Below, piece by piece: positions 39,706 through 49,641 of a stretch of DNA of 64,000 nt. Each line of letters begins with the position of its first letter. Within the stretch, counting starts at the first letter, position 1. The stretch is taken from positions 480,001 through 544,000 of the forward strand of contig CAVSHB010000002.1 of NCBI GenBank assembly GCA_963727775.1, read 5' to 3'. The position numbers and the translations under genes were made by a program. The DNA comes from an uncultured Nitrospiraceae bacterium (GTDB taxonomy: Bacteria > Nitrospirota > Thermodesulfovibrionia > Thermodesulfovibrionales > SM23-35). The notes beneath the pieces are model-generated. The model saw only the letters and a program-made list of their open reading frames with translations, was not told the origin of the DNA and ran no database searches.

Positions 39706-39881
39706 AGGCAAACCATTGCCTACAGAGAACTCTTCGAAAGGACGAGATTCTTGGGTCTGTCAGCGGTCTTTACCGGGGCTTAAAGAGCCGTTGACATCAG
39801 GGGGAACCGACCTCGGTGACGGATTTCCCCGGACATGATCGGCAGGCTGTTTTCGCGAAAGCACAATATAGCGAGGTTGCC
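39706..39881 (+). ncRNA. Candidate structured RNA or element (multi-hairpin), unassigned
   Basis: Five consecutive hairpins, two capped by GAAA tetraloops; G-U pairs favour the + strand. Confidence 0.4.
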
Positions 39882-39948
39882 ACGCAATTTGAAGATATGT
39901 TAAAACATACTGTAGAGAATTCTGAAGAGGGGAAAGCCAGAAGCAATT

Positions 39949-42576
39949 ATGAGTGGGAAGCGATCCATTAAACGAGAAGAAGAAAAAGGCAACATTTCAG
40001 GTAATAAGACTAATAATACGAATCTCTTTCCTGTTGTTCTCCTTTCGGGCTTAGTTCTCTTAACCTTTCTTGCTTATATAAGATCCCTCCATGCCCCTTT
40101 GTTCTTTGACGACCTCATATATATCAGGCCTTTGATGTTGAAAAGTATTATGCATAGCCTGTCGTTAAGTGTCCGTTCTGTTTCCGTGCTATCTTTTGCG
40201 CTGAACTACCACTTTTGGGGTATGAATCTTGTTGCGTTTAGGATTACGAACCTAATCTTTCATATTTCTTCTGCCCTTTCGGCCTCTTATCTGACCTATA
40301 TCACTTTAACCCTTCCCTCTGTGAGGGATATAAATAAGAAGTTTGGAGAGGGGGAAACCCCTCTGTATATAGCTCTTCTTGTTGCAACGCTCTTCTTGCT
40401 TCACCCTATACAGACTTCGACGGTGAATTATATCACTCAAAGAATGGCCATAATGGCCGCCATGTTTTCCTTTGTCGGCCTTATTTTCTATATAAAAGGG
40501 GTTACCAACAGAGGGAAGAAGTTCATGCTTTTTTATAGTCTCTCAGCCCTTTCATTTGTTCTCGCCATATTTTCGAAGGAAAACGCGACGATGGTTCTTC
40601 TTATGCTTCCGGTTTTTGACCTCTTTTTCCTTTCATCATTCCGGTGGTCGGAATTCAGAAAGAGGTTTATCACGCTGTCGGTCCTTCTAATATCCATGGC
40701 GTTGATCGTGACCTTCAGGCTGGGGGCGACCGGATTCATAGAAAAGATTATCGCCGTTCTCTCAAACCCAAATCGCCCGATGGAAGGATACGGATGGTCA
40801 GGGATGGGCATCAACTGGACCCCTATTGAATATCTGTTGACTGAATTAAGGGTGGTCTCAAGATATATCTTTCTCGTCCTAATCCCCGTCCCCTCATTTA
40901 TGACATTTGATTATTCCAATGCTTATCCTCTATCAAAGAGTCTGCTGAATCCTGTTACGACGCTGGTCTCCTTCTTTTTCCTCGCGTCGCTTTTGTTTTT
41001 GTCCCTGAGATACAGGAAGAAGATCCCCTTTATTTCTTTCGGGATATTGTGGTATCTGGTGACTATTTCACTCGAGAGTTTCATAGCGCTCGGACTGGAC
41101 CCATACTTTGAACATAGAAACTATCTGCCGAGTTACGGGCTTTTTCTTGCTTTGGCTACCCTTCTGTCGTATGTGGATAAGCCATGGATCAAAATAAGTA
41201 AAGAGAAGATCATCCTGTTTGCGGTGGTTTCTTTGTTTGTTCTGACTTTTGTGAGGAATGGTGTATGGAGGGAAGGAAGGCTCCTCTGGGAAGAAGCGGT
41301 TGAGAAAGCGCCAAACAATGTGAGGGCCCGTGTTAATCTGGGAGTTGCTTATGTGGATAATGGTCTGATAGACAAAGCGCTCGAACAATACCAGACTGTT
41401 TTAAAAATGCAGCCGGATAACCCGGAGGCCCATCTCAACCTGGGAGAGGTCTTTTTCAGGAAGGGTTTGGTAGATGAGGCGATTGAGGAATATCAAAAAG
41501 CCCTGAACTCAGCTCAACAGGTTCGTGCCCTTCATAAAACGGACACCTTGATAGAGAGAACCAATTCCGACATCTATTATAACCTGGGAACGGCTTTTCA
41601 AAAGAAAGGCTTGACGGATAAGGCTATTGAGCAGTATCAGACTGCCTTGAAAATAAGACCTGATTTTGCCGAAGCCTATGTAAATCTTGGAATTATTTAT
41701 GGGGAGCTGGGTTCCATGGATAAAGCGATGGAACATTTTCGGGCCGCTGTGCAACTGGATCCCGATTTTGCGAAGGCACATTATAATCTGGGAACCGCCT
41801 TGCATAAAAAAGGATTGGTGGAAGCAGCCGTTGAACAATATCGGATTGCTTTAAAGTTGTATCCCAAATACGCTGAGGCCCACAGCAATCTGGGCTCTGC
41901 TTATAGGGATCTGGGCTGGACCGATAAAGCGATAGAACATTTTCAGACCGCTATAAGATTAAAGCCCGATTTTGCTAATGCCCATGCAAACCTTGGGGCT
42001 GTTTTTTTTGAGAAAGGGTTAATAGATAAGGCAATTGAAGAGGACCAGGCCGCTTTAAAATTACAACCTGATCTCGTAGAAACGCGCAAGGAATTGGGGA
42101 ACGCCTTTTATAAGAAAGGGTTGATGGACAGGGCAATTGAGCAGTACCAAATTGCTTTAAAATTACAACCTGATCTCGTAGAAATGCACAAGAAACTGGG
42201 GAACACCTTTTATAAGAAAGGGTTGATGGACAGGGCAATTGAGCAGTACCAAATTGCTTTAAAATTACAACCCGATTCAGGTGAGATGCATTATAATTTG
42301 GGTGTCGCTTTTTATAATAAGAGGTTGATGAATAAGGCTATCGAACAGTATCAAATTGCCCTGAAATTAAAACCCGATTTTGCTCAAGCCCATAATAACC
42401 TTGGGAGCGCCTATGTTGAGTCAGGTTCGATAGACAAAGCGATTGAGCATTATCAGACAGCCATGAAATTAGATCCGTCCAATCCGCTTTTCCGCGATAA
42501 CTTGGCTAAAGCCTACGGAATGAAGAACTCAGTCGGCAAGGCTGGAGGCAGTTCAGGGAATTCGAAGAAGAAATGA
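39949..42576 (+). CDS. TMTC-like protein (GT-C membrane domain plus about 12 TPRs), putative protein O-glycosyltransferase
   Basis: FFDD, HPIQTSTVNYITQR, SKEN, EHRNYLPS, RNGVW, followed by TPRs. Confidence 0.85.
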   Translation: MSGKRSIKREEEKGNISGNKTNNTNLFPVVLLSGLVLLTFLAYIRSLHAPLFFDDLIYIRPLMLKSIMHSLSLSVRSVSVLSFALNYHFWGMNLVAFRITNLIFHISSALSASYLTYITLTLPSVRDINKKFGEGETPLYIALLVATLFLLHPIQTSTVNYITQRMAIMAAMFSFVGLIFYIKGVTNRGKKFMLFYSLSALSFVLAIFSKENATMVLLMLPVFDLFFLSSFRWSEFRKRFITLSVLLISMALIVTFRLGATGFIEKIIAVLSNPNRPMEGYGWSGMGINWTPIEYLLTELRVVSRYIFLVLIPVPSFMTFDYSNAYPLSKSLLNPVTTLVSFFFLASLLFLSLRYRKKIPFISFGILWYLVTISLESFIALGLDPYFEHRNYLPSYGLFLALATLLSYVDKPWIKISKEKIILFAVVSLFVLTFVRNGVWREGRLLWEEAVEKAPNNVRARVNLGVAYVDNGLIDKALEQYQTVLKMQPDNPEAHLNLGEVFFRKGLVDEAIEEYQKALNSAQQVRALHKTDTLIERTNSDIYYNLGTAFQKKGLTDKAIEQYQTALKIRPDFAEAYVNLGIIYGELGSMDKAMEHFRAAVQLDPDFAKAHYNLGTALHKKGLVEAAVEQYRIALKLYPKYAEAHSNLGSAYRDLGWTDKAIEHFQTAIRLKPDFANAHANLGAVFFEKGLIDKAIEEDQAALKLQPDLVETRKELGNAFYKKGLMDRAIEQYQIALKLQPDLVEMHKKLGNTFYKKGLMDRAIEQYQIALKLQPDSGEMHYNLGVAFYNKRLMNKAIEQYQIALKLKPDFAQAHNNLGSAYVESGSIDKAIEHYQTAMKLDPSNPLFRDNLAKAYGMKNSVGKAGGSSGNSKKK
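42052..42272 (+). repeat. 102-bp (one TPR) tandem duplication
   Basis: gctttaaaattacaacc at 42052, 42154 and 42256. Confidence 0.9.
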
Positions 42577-42586
42577 GACTTATCGA

Positions 42587-43381
42587 GTGAAGGCGTTTTT
42601 TTTGAATGTTTTTAATGGCAGGCATATCCTCAGAGCTATGGTCATTAAAGACATAAAGTCAAGATACACAGGTTCTCTCTTTGGACCGCTCTGGATAATA
42701 GTTACCCCTCTTTATCAGATACTCCTTTATACGTTTCTTTTTTCCACTATATTGAGAGTCCGGTTCGACGAGGGCGCCGGGACCTCATCCTTTGTGGTTT
42801 ACCTTCTTGCAGGGATGATCCCATGGCTTTTCTTCTCGGAAGCGACGATGAGGGGAATTTCTGCCTTCATCGACAATGCGCATATAATAAAAAAGGTGAA
42901 ATTTCCGATGGAGGTTTGTGTTGTGACGGTGGTTATCTCATCTGCGGTCACCTTTCTCATATACATGATCTTTTATCTTGTCATGCTCATCTTTATGGGC
43001 GTTCTGAAACTCCAGACAGTTTCGCTCTTCATTTTGCCCGTAGCGATTCAGGTTCTGCTTACTCTCGGACTTTCACTCGGGCTGGGGAGTATCGCGGTTT
43101 TTTTTAGGGATATAACGACGGTGAGCGTTATGGTCCTGAACTTGGTATTTTTTTTGACGCCTATTGTTTACCCTGCAAACGTAATTCCTGAAAAGTTACG
43201 TGGGCTGTTCAATATCAACCCGTTTTATTTCATTGTCGAGATGTACCGGAGTGTGCTGGTGAGAGGAAAACTTCCTGACGCAGTTTCGATTTTTTATCCG
43301 TCCATCTTCGCGATAGTAATATTTCTTGCGGGGTATTACATTTTTAATAAGACAAAAGAGGCGTTTAAGGATATTCTGTGA
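42587..43381 (+). CDS. wzm: Glycan ABC exporter permease
   Basis: KSRYTGSLFG.LW, FFRD, FFLTPIVYP, NP; about 6 TM helices. Confidence 0.92.
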   Translation: MKAFFLNVFNGRHILRAMVIKDIKSRYTGSLFGPLWIIVTPLYQILLYTFLFSTILRVRFDEGAGTSSFVVYLLAGMIPWLFFSEATMRGISAFIDNAHIIKKVKFPMEVCVVTVVISSAVTFLIYMIFYLVMLIFMGVLKLQTVSLFILPVAIQVLLTLGLSLGLGSIAVFFRDITTVSVMVLNLVFFLTPIVYPANVIPEKLRGLFNINPFYFIVEMYRSVLVRGKLPDAVSIFYPSIFAIVIFLAGYYIFNKTKEAFKDIL

Positions 43382-44571
43382 TGAACGGTTTCGGATTCTC
43401 AGTAAAGGCAGAAGGGCTTACAAAGGAATATCATATTTATGACCGTCCTTCGGAGAGACTGAAGGAACTGTTTCTTAAGATGAGAAAACACAGAGTTTTC
43501 AGGGCCCTCGGCGCTTTGGACATCGAGGTACGCAAGGGAGAGACGCTAGGTATCATAGGAGAAAACGGTGCCGGCAAGAGTACTTTCCTCAAACTCGTTG
43601 CAGGCGTTATCGAGCCGTCGTCAGGGATGATCAAGGTGGACGGCAAGATTTCATCGATACTGGAGCTCGGGACAGGGTTTAATCCTGAATTTACTGGAAG
43701 AGAAAATGTGCTTCTCAATGGCGCGCTCCTTGGCCTTTCATCCGGCGAAGTAAACAACAGGATGGAAAGTATAGTGAGATTCGCGGATATCGGGGATTTC
43801 TTTGATATGCCGGTGAAGATGTACTCATCGGGAATGTATATGAGGCTTGCTTTTTCCCTTGCCGTTCACGTCGATGCGGACATTGTTTTAATAGACGAAG
43901 CTCTTGCCGTCGGTGACGGTGCTTTTGAAAAGAAGTGTATTGACAGAATATGGGATTTGAAAAAGAATGGAATTACAATACTCTATTGTTCTCACTCTCT
44001 ATATACTGTGGTAAACTTCTGTGACAGGGCGGTTTGGTTCAAAGAAGGCAGCGTGCAGTGTATCGGCGGTACAAAGGAGGTAACCTCAAGATACGAGGAC
44101 TATTTAAGGGAGAAAGAACGTATCGAAGAGGCGGAAAGGCCCGTAGCTTTGAGCGAGGGCAGTGAGAAAAAAATAGCAGAGGTGAAAAATATCAGGCTCG
44201 TGACTGATGGGCATCCGGTGGGGATTTCTTTGCTGTATTCATCTGATATCGAGGTCGTCGTGGATTTTGAAATCCTTGAAGATGCAAAGGTTCATGTAGG
44301 CTTTGCGATAGACAGGAACGATGGCCTCTGTTGTTACGGGGGTAGTATGCTGAAGCGGGGAATCAAACCCTTTCATGGACCAGGCCATAAAAGGGTATCC
44401 ATCTTTTTCAAGAACCTTCCACTCCTGAACGGTGCATACAAGTTTGTCATTTTCCTGATGGACGAAACCGGTATATGTCTCTTTGACAGAAGGGAATCAC
44501 CCATCGTGAAGGTGAGCACGGAAGAAAAAGAGTGGGGTGTATGCTCTATGGACCATGAGTGGAAAAGGTGA
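43378..44571 (+). CDS. wzt: Glycan ABC exporter ATPase with C-terminal Wzt_C carbohydrate-binding domain
   Basis: GENGAGKST, YSSGM..RLAFS, IDEALAVGD; about 150-aa C-terminal extension. Confidence 0.92.
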   Translation: MMNGFGFSVKAEGLTKEYHIYDRPSERLKELFLKMRKHRVFRALGALDIEVRKGETLGIIGENGAGKSTFLKLVAGVIEPSSGMIKVDGKISSILELGTGFNPEFTGRENVLLNGALLGLSSGEVNNRMESIVRFADIGDFFDMPVKMYSSGMYMRLAFSLAVHVDADIVLIDEALAVGDGAFEKKCIDRIWDLKKNGITILYCSHSLYTVVNFCDRAVWFKEGSVQCIGGTKEVTSRYEDYLREKERIEEAERPVALSEGSEKKIAEVKNIRLVTDGHPVGISLLYSSDIEVVVDFEILEDAKVHVGFAIDRNDGLCCYGGSMLKRGIKPFHGPGHKRVSIFFKNLPLLNGAYKFVIFLMDETGICLFDRRESPIVKVSTEEKEWGVCSMDHEWKR

Positions 44572-44690
44572 TGTTACCCAATATTGACTGGCCGTTGCCT
44601 AAATAATTTTTAGAATCTATAATCGAATACGGTATGATGCATAATGAGGATTCACGTGTCTGTGGAGTGTGACAATTAGTTTTTCCGCTT

Positions 44691-45338
44691 TTATCTGGTA
44701 GGCGAAGGACGGGTACGCGTTGTCCCTGGTTGAGATCCCCTGCGCTGTATCGGGGGTGCCGCTCCCGGCGGTTGCGGGTGTCCGGGCGCGGGCGCAGCAG
44801 ATGCAGCGGGCGTGGAAGGCGCGGTTGTCCTTTCTCGTGGATGATCGCTGATCGCTACGATTATCTTTTCATTACCCCGTATCATGGTCACTTTATCGGG
44901 TTCTATCTCTTTTAGTGTAAAACCGCTGAGTGAGTCGCCTTTTTTCATGGCCGTTTGTCTTTTTCCCCTCCCTGCCGTATTCCTCGGCGCTTTAGCATCT
45001 TCGAGGTAAGCCAGGCTTACCCCATCCGTTATCAGAGTTCCGAACAGTAAAAAATCCGGCTTGGGCAAAGGTTCTTCAACCTTTTTCTCGACGGGGATCT
45101 TTCTTTCGGGGTGGAAGAGATTCTCGTCGGTGATTAAGGTATATTCCGCGATAGACGGGGTCTGTGCCTGTGTTTCTTCGTCCTCCACAGTTTCCACATT
45201 TTTTTTCGGGGAGGGCGTTGAAAATATGACTTTTACCTCAAGCAACGGCAAGAGGATGTAGGAAGCAAACAGCGTTGCAACAGATATTAATAGTATGTTA
45301 ATTAAACTTATATTTCTTATGACTGATTTTAGATACAT
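44691..45338 (-). CDS. T2SS GspC/GspN-like protein
   Basis: Single TM, NLFHPER, LFGTLI...AYL...KGD...F.L.EIEPDKV, Pro-rich tail. Start ATG 45338. Confidence 0.7.
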   Translation of the reverse strand: MYLKSVIRNISLINILLISVATLFASYILLPLLEVKVIFSTPSPKKNVETVEDEETQAQTPSIAEYTLITDENLFHPERKIPVEKKVEEPLPKPDFLLFGTLITDGVSLAYLEDAKAPRNTAGRGKRQTAMKKGDSLSGFTLKEIEPDKVTMIRGNEKIIVAISDHPRERTTAPSTPAASAAPAPGHPQPPGAAPPIQRRGSQPGTTRTRPSPTR

Positions 45339-45464
45339 TTTAATGAACCGGATATAATAAATTTTACCACAAAGGGAGCCGGCAATGCTGTCACCCCTGC
45401 TTATTAAGATGCCCGGCATATTATGATAATCTTTAAAATTATGATAATATAAAAAACAAGCTCG

Positions 45465-45638
45465 TAATAATTGTAATAATAACGACATGAAATGTAAAAT
45501 CTCTCCTACCCTTCCTTATTCCAAAGGGAGGTCGAAGCGACTCTGCGCGAAGACTCGCTGCAATAATACCCCTCTTTGATAAAGAGGGGAAAGGGTAGTT
45601 TATGATTCATATCTGTCCGATTTTGAGACAATTAATAA
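45465..45638. repeat. REP/MITE-like palindromic element
   Basis: ccttcctt..aagggagg and cccctcttt-gat-aaagagggg hairpins; imperfect terminal inverted repeat taataattgt/acaattaata. Confidence 0.55.
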
Positions 45639-45659
45639 TCGGCTTAAGCATGAAAGGCG

Positions 45660-46979
45660 ATGATGAAAATATTAGTTGCTGACGACGACAAAAATCTTAG
45701 GAAAGTCCTTGTGAATGAACTTTCCGAGAGCGGCTTTGAGGTCTGTGAGACGGACAACGGCATTAAGGCGATGGAGTTTCTCGAAAAAGAAGAATATGAT
45801 ATTTTGCTTTTAGACCTGAATATGCCCGGGCTTGGCGGTATTGATGTCCTGAAAAAAGTTAAGGACCGGGAGATCCCTACTGAGGTAATAATCCTGACGG
45901 CCCATGCCACGGTATCTACAGCAGTCGATGCGATGAAGACAGGCGCGTATGATTATATGACGAAGCCCTTCCAGGTAGATGAACTCATGGCGATTATCGA
46001 GAAGGCATATGAGAAGAAGAAGCTCATTAATGAAAATCTTCTCCTGAAATCCCAGATAAAAAGACAGACGAAAACAAAGGAGATTATTTACAAGAGCCGG
46101 CTTATGTTCGAAGTCCTGGAAAATGTGAAAAAGTTTGCCGTATCGGATTTGCCGATTCTTATTTCCGGTGAAAGCGGCGTCGGCAAGGAACTCATCGCAA
46201 GTACTATACATGAGGTTTCAAAAAGATGTGACGGGCCCTTCATTCCGATTAATTGCGGCGCCATCCCCGACACAATGCTTGAAAGCGAACTTATGGGACA
46301 TGAGAAGGGCGCATTTACAGGCGCCTATATAAAAAAGTTAGGGTTATTGGAAATAGCCAACCACGGTACTTTGTTTCTTGATGAGATAAGCGAACTGGAT
46401 TTGCAACTTCAATCAAAACTTCTCAGGGTCATTGAGACGGGAAGCTTTTTCAGGGTAGGCGGCATTAAAGAAATTAAGGTTGATGTAAGGTTTGTATCCG
46501 CTACAAATAAAGACCTGAAAAAGGACATTGATTCCGGTGTTTTCAGGCCCGATCTTTATTACCGCATAAGCGCGTTGACTATCCAAATCCCTCCACTGAG
46601 GGACAGAAAAGAGGACATTCCGTTGATCGTTGATCATATCATCAGGAGTAATGCTTCCTTCAAGAACAAAAAAGTCAGCAGGAAGGCATTGGATATCCTT
46701 TCGGAATATTCATGGCCGGGGAATGTGAGAGAATTGCAGAATGTTATCCACAGGGCTTTATTTTTATCAAAAACTAACGTAATAGAACCCCATGATTTAC
46801 CACCCGATCTCATGTCCGACCGGAAGATTTCCGGGCAGAGACTCGAAGATATAGAAAGAGAACATATCCTTAAAGTTTTTAGGGAAGTGAACGGACAAAA
46901 AAGAAGGGCAGCCGAGGTACTCGGGATAGACCCAAAGACATTGTACAGGAAGTTATCTTTTTACGATATAAAGGAATAA
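45660..46979 (+). CDS. sigma54-dependent response regulator (NtrC/AtoC family)
   Basis: REC domain, GESGVGKE, GAFTGA, WPGNVREL, Fis-type HTH. Confidence 0.95.
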   Translation: MMKILVADDDKNLRKVLVNELSESGFEVCETDNGIKAMEFLEKEEYDILLLDLNMPGLGGIDVLKKVKDREIPTEVIILTAHATVSTAVDAMKTGAYDYMTKPFQVDELMAIIEKAYEKKKLINENLLLKSQIKRQTKTKEIIYKSRLMFEVLENVKKFAVSDLPILISGESGVGKELIASTIHEVSKRCDGPFIPINCGAIPDTMLESELMGHEKGAFTGAYIKKLGLLEIANHGTLFLDEISELDLQLQSKLLRVIETGSFFRVGGIKEIKVDVRFVSATNKDLKKDIDSGVFRPDLYYRISALTIQIPPLRDRKEDIPLIVDHIIRSNASFKNKKVSRKALDILSEYSWPGNVRELQNVIHRALFLSKTNVIEPHDLPPDLMSDRKISGQRLEDIEREHILKVFREVNGQKRRAAEVLGIDPKTLYRKLSFYDIKE

Positions 46980-47080
46980 GTATCAGCCCCTGTATTTACT
47001 GCTGTCTGTTCGGCCGTGTAGCGCAAAGCATGATACGGATACCGGTGTCATACTGAATATGTTTCATTATCAATAAAGAA

Positions 47081-49030
47081 ATGACTGACAACCCTATCAA
47101 AATTCTGTTGATCGAAGACAACCCGGCGGACGTCGAATTGGTAAAGGAAATGATCTACGACGTGAAATCAGTCCAATTCGAGTTTTCCCATTTTGACAAG
47201 TTGGGCTCTGCTTTAGACTTTTTATCCAACCGGAGTGTGGACATTATTCTGCTGGACCTTTCACTGCCGGATGCGCACGGGATCGATACCGTTATCAGAA
47301 CACGGACCGTTCTGCCGGGTGTCCCCATTGTGGTAATGAGCGGCCTGGGGGACGAAGAGACTGCAATCAAGGCAGTGCATGAAGGCGCGCAGGACTACCT
47401 TGTTAAGGGGCAGGTGGATAGCAATCTGCTGGTCCGCTCTGTGCTGTATTCGATTGAACGCAAACAGGCGGAAGAAGCGCTGCGTAAGTTGAACGATGAA
47501 CTGGAGACGCGGGTCCAGCAGAGGACTGAAGAACTGCTGAAGATGAACCGGGCGCTTCAGGAAAGCGAACGAAAGTACCGCATGCTGATAGAACAGGCAT
47601 CAGACGGAATATTTATTCTGGACCACCTGGGCAATATCGCTGATATCAATTCAACAGCATGCCGGATGCTCGGCTTTACCCGGGAAGAGCTTTTGCTCCT
47701 CAACATTAGAGAGCTTATCCCCGTAAAAGACCTTGCGGCTGTCCCGCTGCGTATTAATGATGTCCTCGCGGGAGAAAAAGTGGTCATTGAAAGGAGATTC
47801 CGGCGCAAAGACAATGCGTTAATCAATGTGGAAATAAGCGCTAATATACTCAATGACGGCAGGGTGCAAACCATCGTTCGGGACCTTACCGAGCGCAGGA
47901 AGGCTGATGAAGCGTTGCGCATGAGTAAGGCAAGTCTTGCCATGGCCCAGCGGATTGCACATGTCGGGAGTTGGGACTGGGATATACAAACAAAAGAATT
48001 GACATGGTCCGACGAGATCTATCGTATTTTCGGGCTGATACCCGGGCAATCTGTTGCGACATACGACGCGCTTGTAAATTCTGTTCATCCTGAAGACAGA
48101 GAATTTATGAAGAAGGCCTTGACTGAGGCATTATACGGTAAACCTTACAGTATAGAACACCGGATCGTACTCCCTGACGGCTCAATTCGGGTTGTCCATG
48201 AACAGGGAAAAGTTACCTTCGGAGAGAGCGGCGAACCGGTACGAATGCACGGAACAGTCCAGGACATTACAGATAAAAAAGAAAAAGAACTCCGACTTCA
48301 TATGACCGAAAAGCTTGCTGCTCTCGGACAGATGGCCTCCGGCATAGCGCACGAGATAAACAACCCCCTTGCGACCATAGGGGCATGCTCTGACGGTTTG
48401 CTTAACAGGCTGAAAAAAGGACGGTTTGACGATGAATTATTTGAAAACTATTTAAAAATCATTAATGAAGAAGTTATAAGGTGCAAGGGCATTACGACGA
48501 GCATGCTTTCTTTTGTAAGGGAAGCGACCTATGAAAGGAAAGATGTAGATATCCATTCTATCCTTGACAATACCCTTGAGTTGATCACTCTTCAAGGCAG
48601 GTTAAAAGATATTGAAGTAATAAAAAACTATGAAGGTATGTTAATCGTTCGTGGAAGCGAGGGGGAACTGAGACAGGTTATTTTGACAATTATTGTGAAT
48701 GCCCTCGACGCCATGAGAGACAGAGGCGCCCTCACCTTAAGCACAGGCATAATCCCTTATGGCCCTATTGCCCCGGACAGCTTTGAAAATGACGAAGAGA
48801 AAGGCGGAGACAGAGGTGTGTTCATAAAAATCTGCGATACAGGTCCGGGTGTGCCTCCCGATATTACGAGCAGGATCTTCGACCCATTTTTTACGACCAA
48901 ATCAACTGAAGGAGGGGTGGGACTCGGGCTTTCCATAGCTCATAAAATCATTAAAGACCATAGCGGCACTATCACAGTTGCCTCCGGGAAAGACAGAGGC
49001 ACTGTTTTTGAAATAATATTACCCGCATAA
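47081..49030 (+). CDS. Cytoplasmic hybrid sensor kinase (REC-PAS-PAS-HisKA-HATPase)
   Basis: LLIEDN...LLDLSLPD, two PAS domains, AHEINNPL, DTGPG, FTTK...GLGL. Confidence 0.93.
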   Translation: MTDNPIKILLIEDNPADVELVKEMIYDVKSVQFEFSHFDKLGSALDFLSNRSVDIILLDLSLPDAHGIDTVIRTRTVLPGVPIVVMSGLGDEETAIKAVHEGAQDYLVKGQVDSNLLVRSVLYSIERKQAEEALRKLNDELETRVQQRTEELLKMNRALQESERKYRMLIEQASDGIFILDHLGNIADINSTACRMLGFTREELLLLNIRELIPVKDLAAVPLRINDVLAGEKVVIERRFRRKDNALINVEISANILNDGRVQTIVRDLTERRKADEALRMSKASLAMAQRIAHVGSWDWDIQTKELTWSDEIYRIFGLIPGQSVATYDALVNSVHPEDREFMKKALTEALYGKPYSIEHRIVLPDGSIRVVHEQGKVTFGESGEPVRMHGTVQDITDKKEKELRLHMTEKLAALGQMASGIAHEINNPLATIGACSDGLLNRLKKGRFDDELFENYLKIINEEVIRCKGITTSMLSFVREATYERKDVDIHSILDNTLELITLQGRLKDIEVIKNYEGMLIVRGSEGELRQVILTIIVNALDAMRDRGALTLSTGIIPYGPIAPDSFENDEEKGGDRGVFIKICDTGPGVPPDITSRIFDPFFTTKSTEGGVGLGLSIAHKIIKDHSGTITVASGKDRGTVFEIILPA

Positions 49031-49089
49031 CTTTTATCGGAAAAGAAGAAGCAGCTTGAACTGATAAAAATCCGGTATAAAAGGTTCTC

Positions 49090-49641
49090 TTATTTGCCGG
49101 TTGTTATGGCAGATATGTCTAATTTTACTACTTGATCTCTCGGGTCTCTGAAGTTTCTGACCCTGATATCAATATCTTTTACAACAAGATAAGGGGTCCT
49201 TGTCTCTATAGCGTAAAGTATGTCCCTCAGCGCCCTTGGATCCGGTAAAATCGTGTCCATACTTACCGTTACAACCTTGAACTTGCCGAGGTCTTCAGGT
49301 TTTACCGTCCGCTCGCTTGATATCGTTCCTCCGCTGCGGGTCACAATGTCTTTGACTGTGTCCTGCAATGTGGCGGCCACCAGAGAAAGGGTTTTCCCCT
49401 CTATAAGCTTCGAATTATTATCCTTTCTTTGTTCTTTCAGTGCGGCAAGTTTTTTCTCTAACTGGGGTTTTTCCGCTATAAGGGTTATGTATTTTTCGAG
49501 CGTCTTTGTTTTTACAGCCTGGCTTTCCTTAATGGAAGCCACCCCGGTCTGAATCCCCATAAAGACATACTGGTAAAAAAAGAAACCTGCTAATATAATC
49601 ATGACGGGGATGCCGATGATTAATGTCCTATTCTTCTTCAT
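49090..49641 (-). CDS. gspM: T2SS GspM-like protein
   Basis: N-terminal TM, coiled coil, ferredoxin-like C-terminus; operon position. Confidence 0.75.
   Translation of the reverse strand: MKKNRTLIIGIPVMIILAGFFFYQYVFMGIQTGVASIKESQAVKTKTLEKYITLIAEKPQLEKKLAALKEQRKDNNSKLIEGKTLSLVAATLQDTVKDIVTRSGGTISSERTVKPEDLGKFKVVTVSMDTILPDPRALRDILYAIETRTPYLVVKDIDIRVRNFRDPRDQVVKLDISAITTGK

Noticed and set aside
39703..39881. c-di-GMP-I or fluoride riboswitch call
   Set aside because: Only the termini resemble them (GGCAAACCATT, AGCGAGGTTGCC); core motifs such as GGACGCAAAGCC or GCTGATGAC are absent.
45339..45488. N-terminal extension of the gspC-like ORF
   Set aside because: Overlaps promoter-like and repeat sequence; ATG 45338 gives a typical GspC N-terminus.
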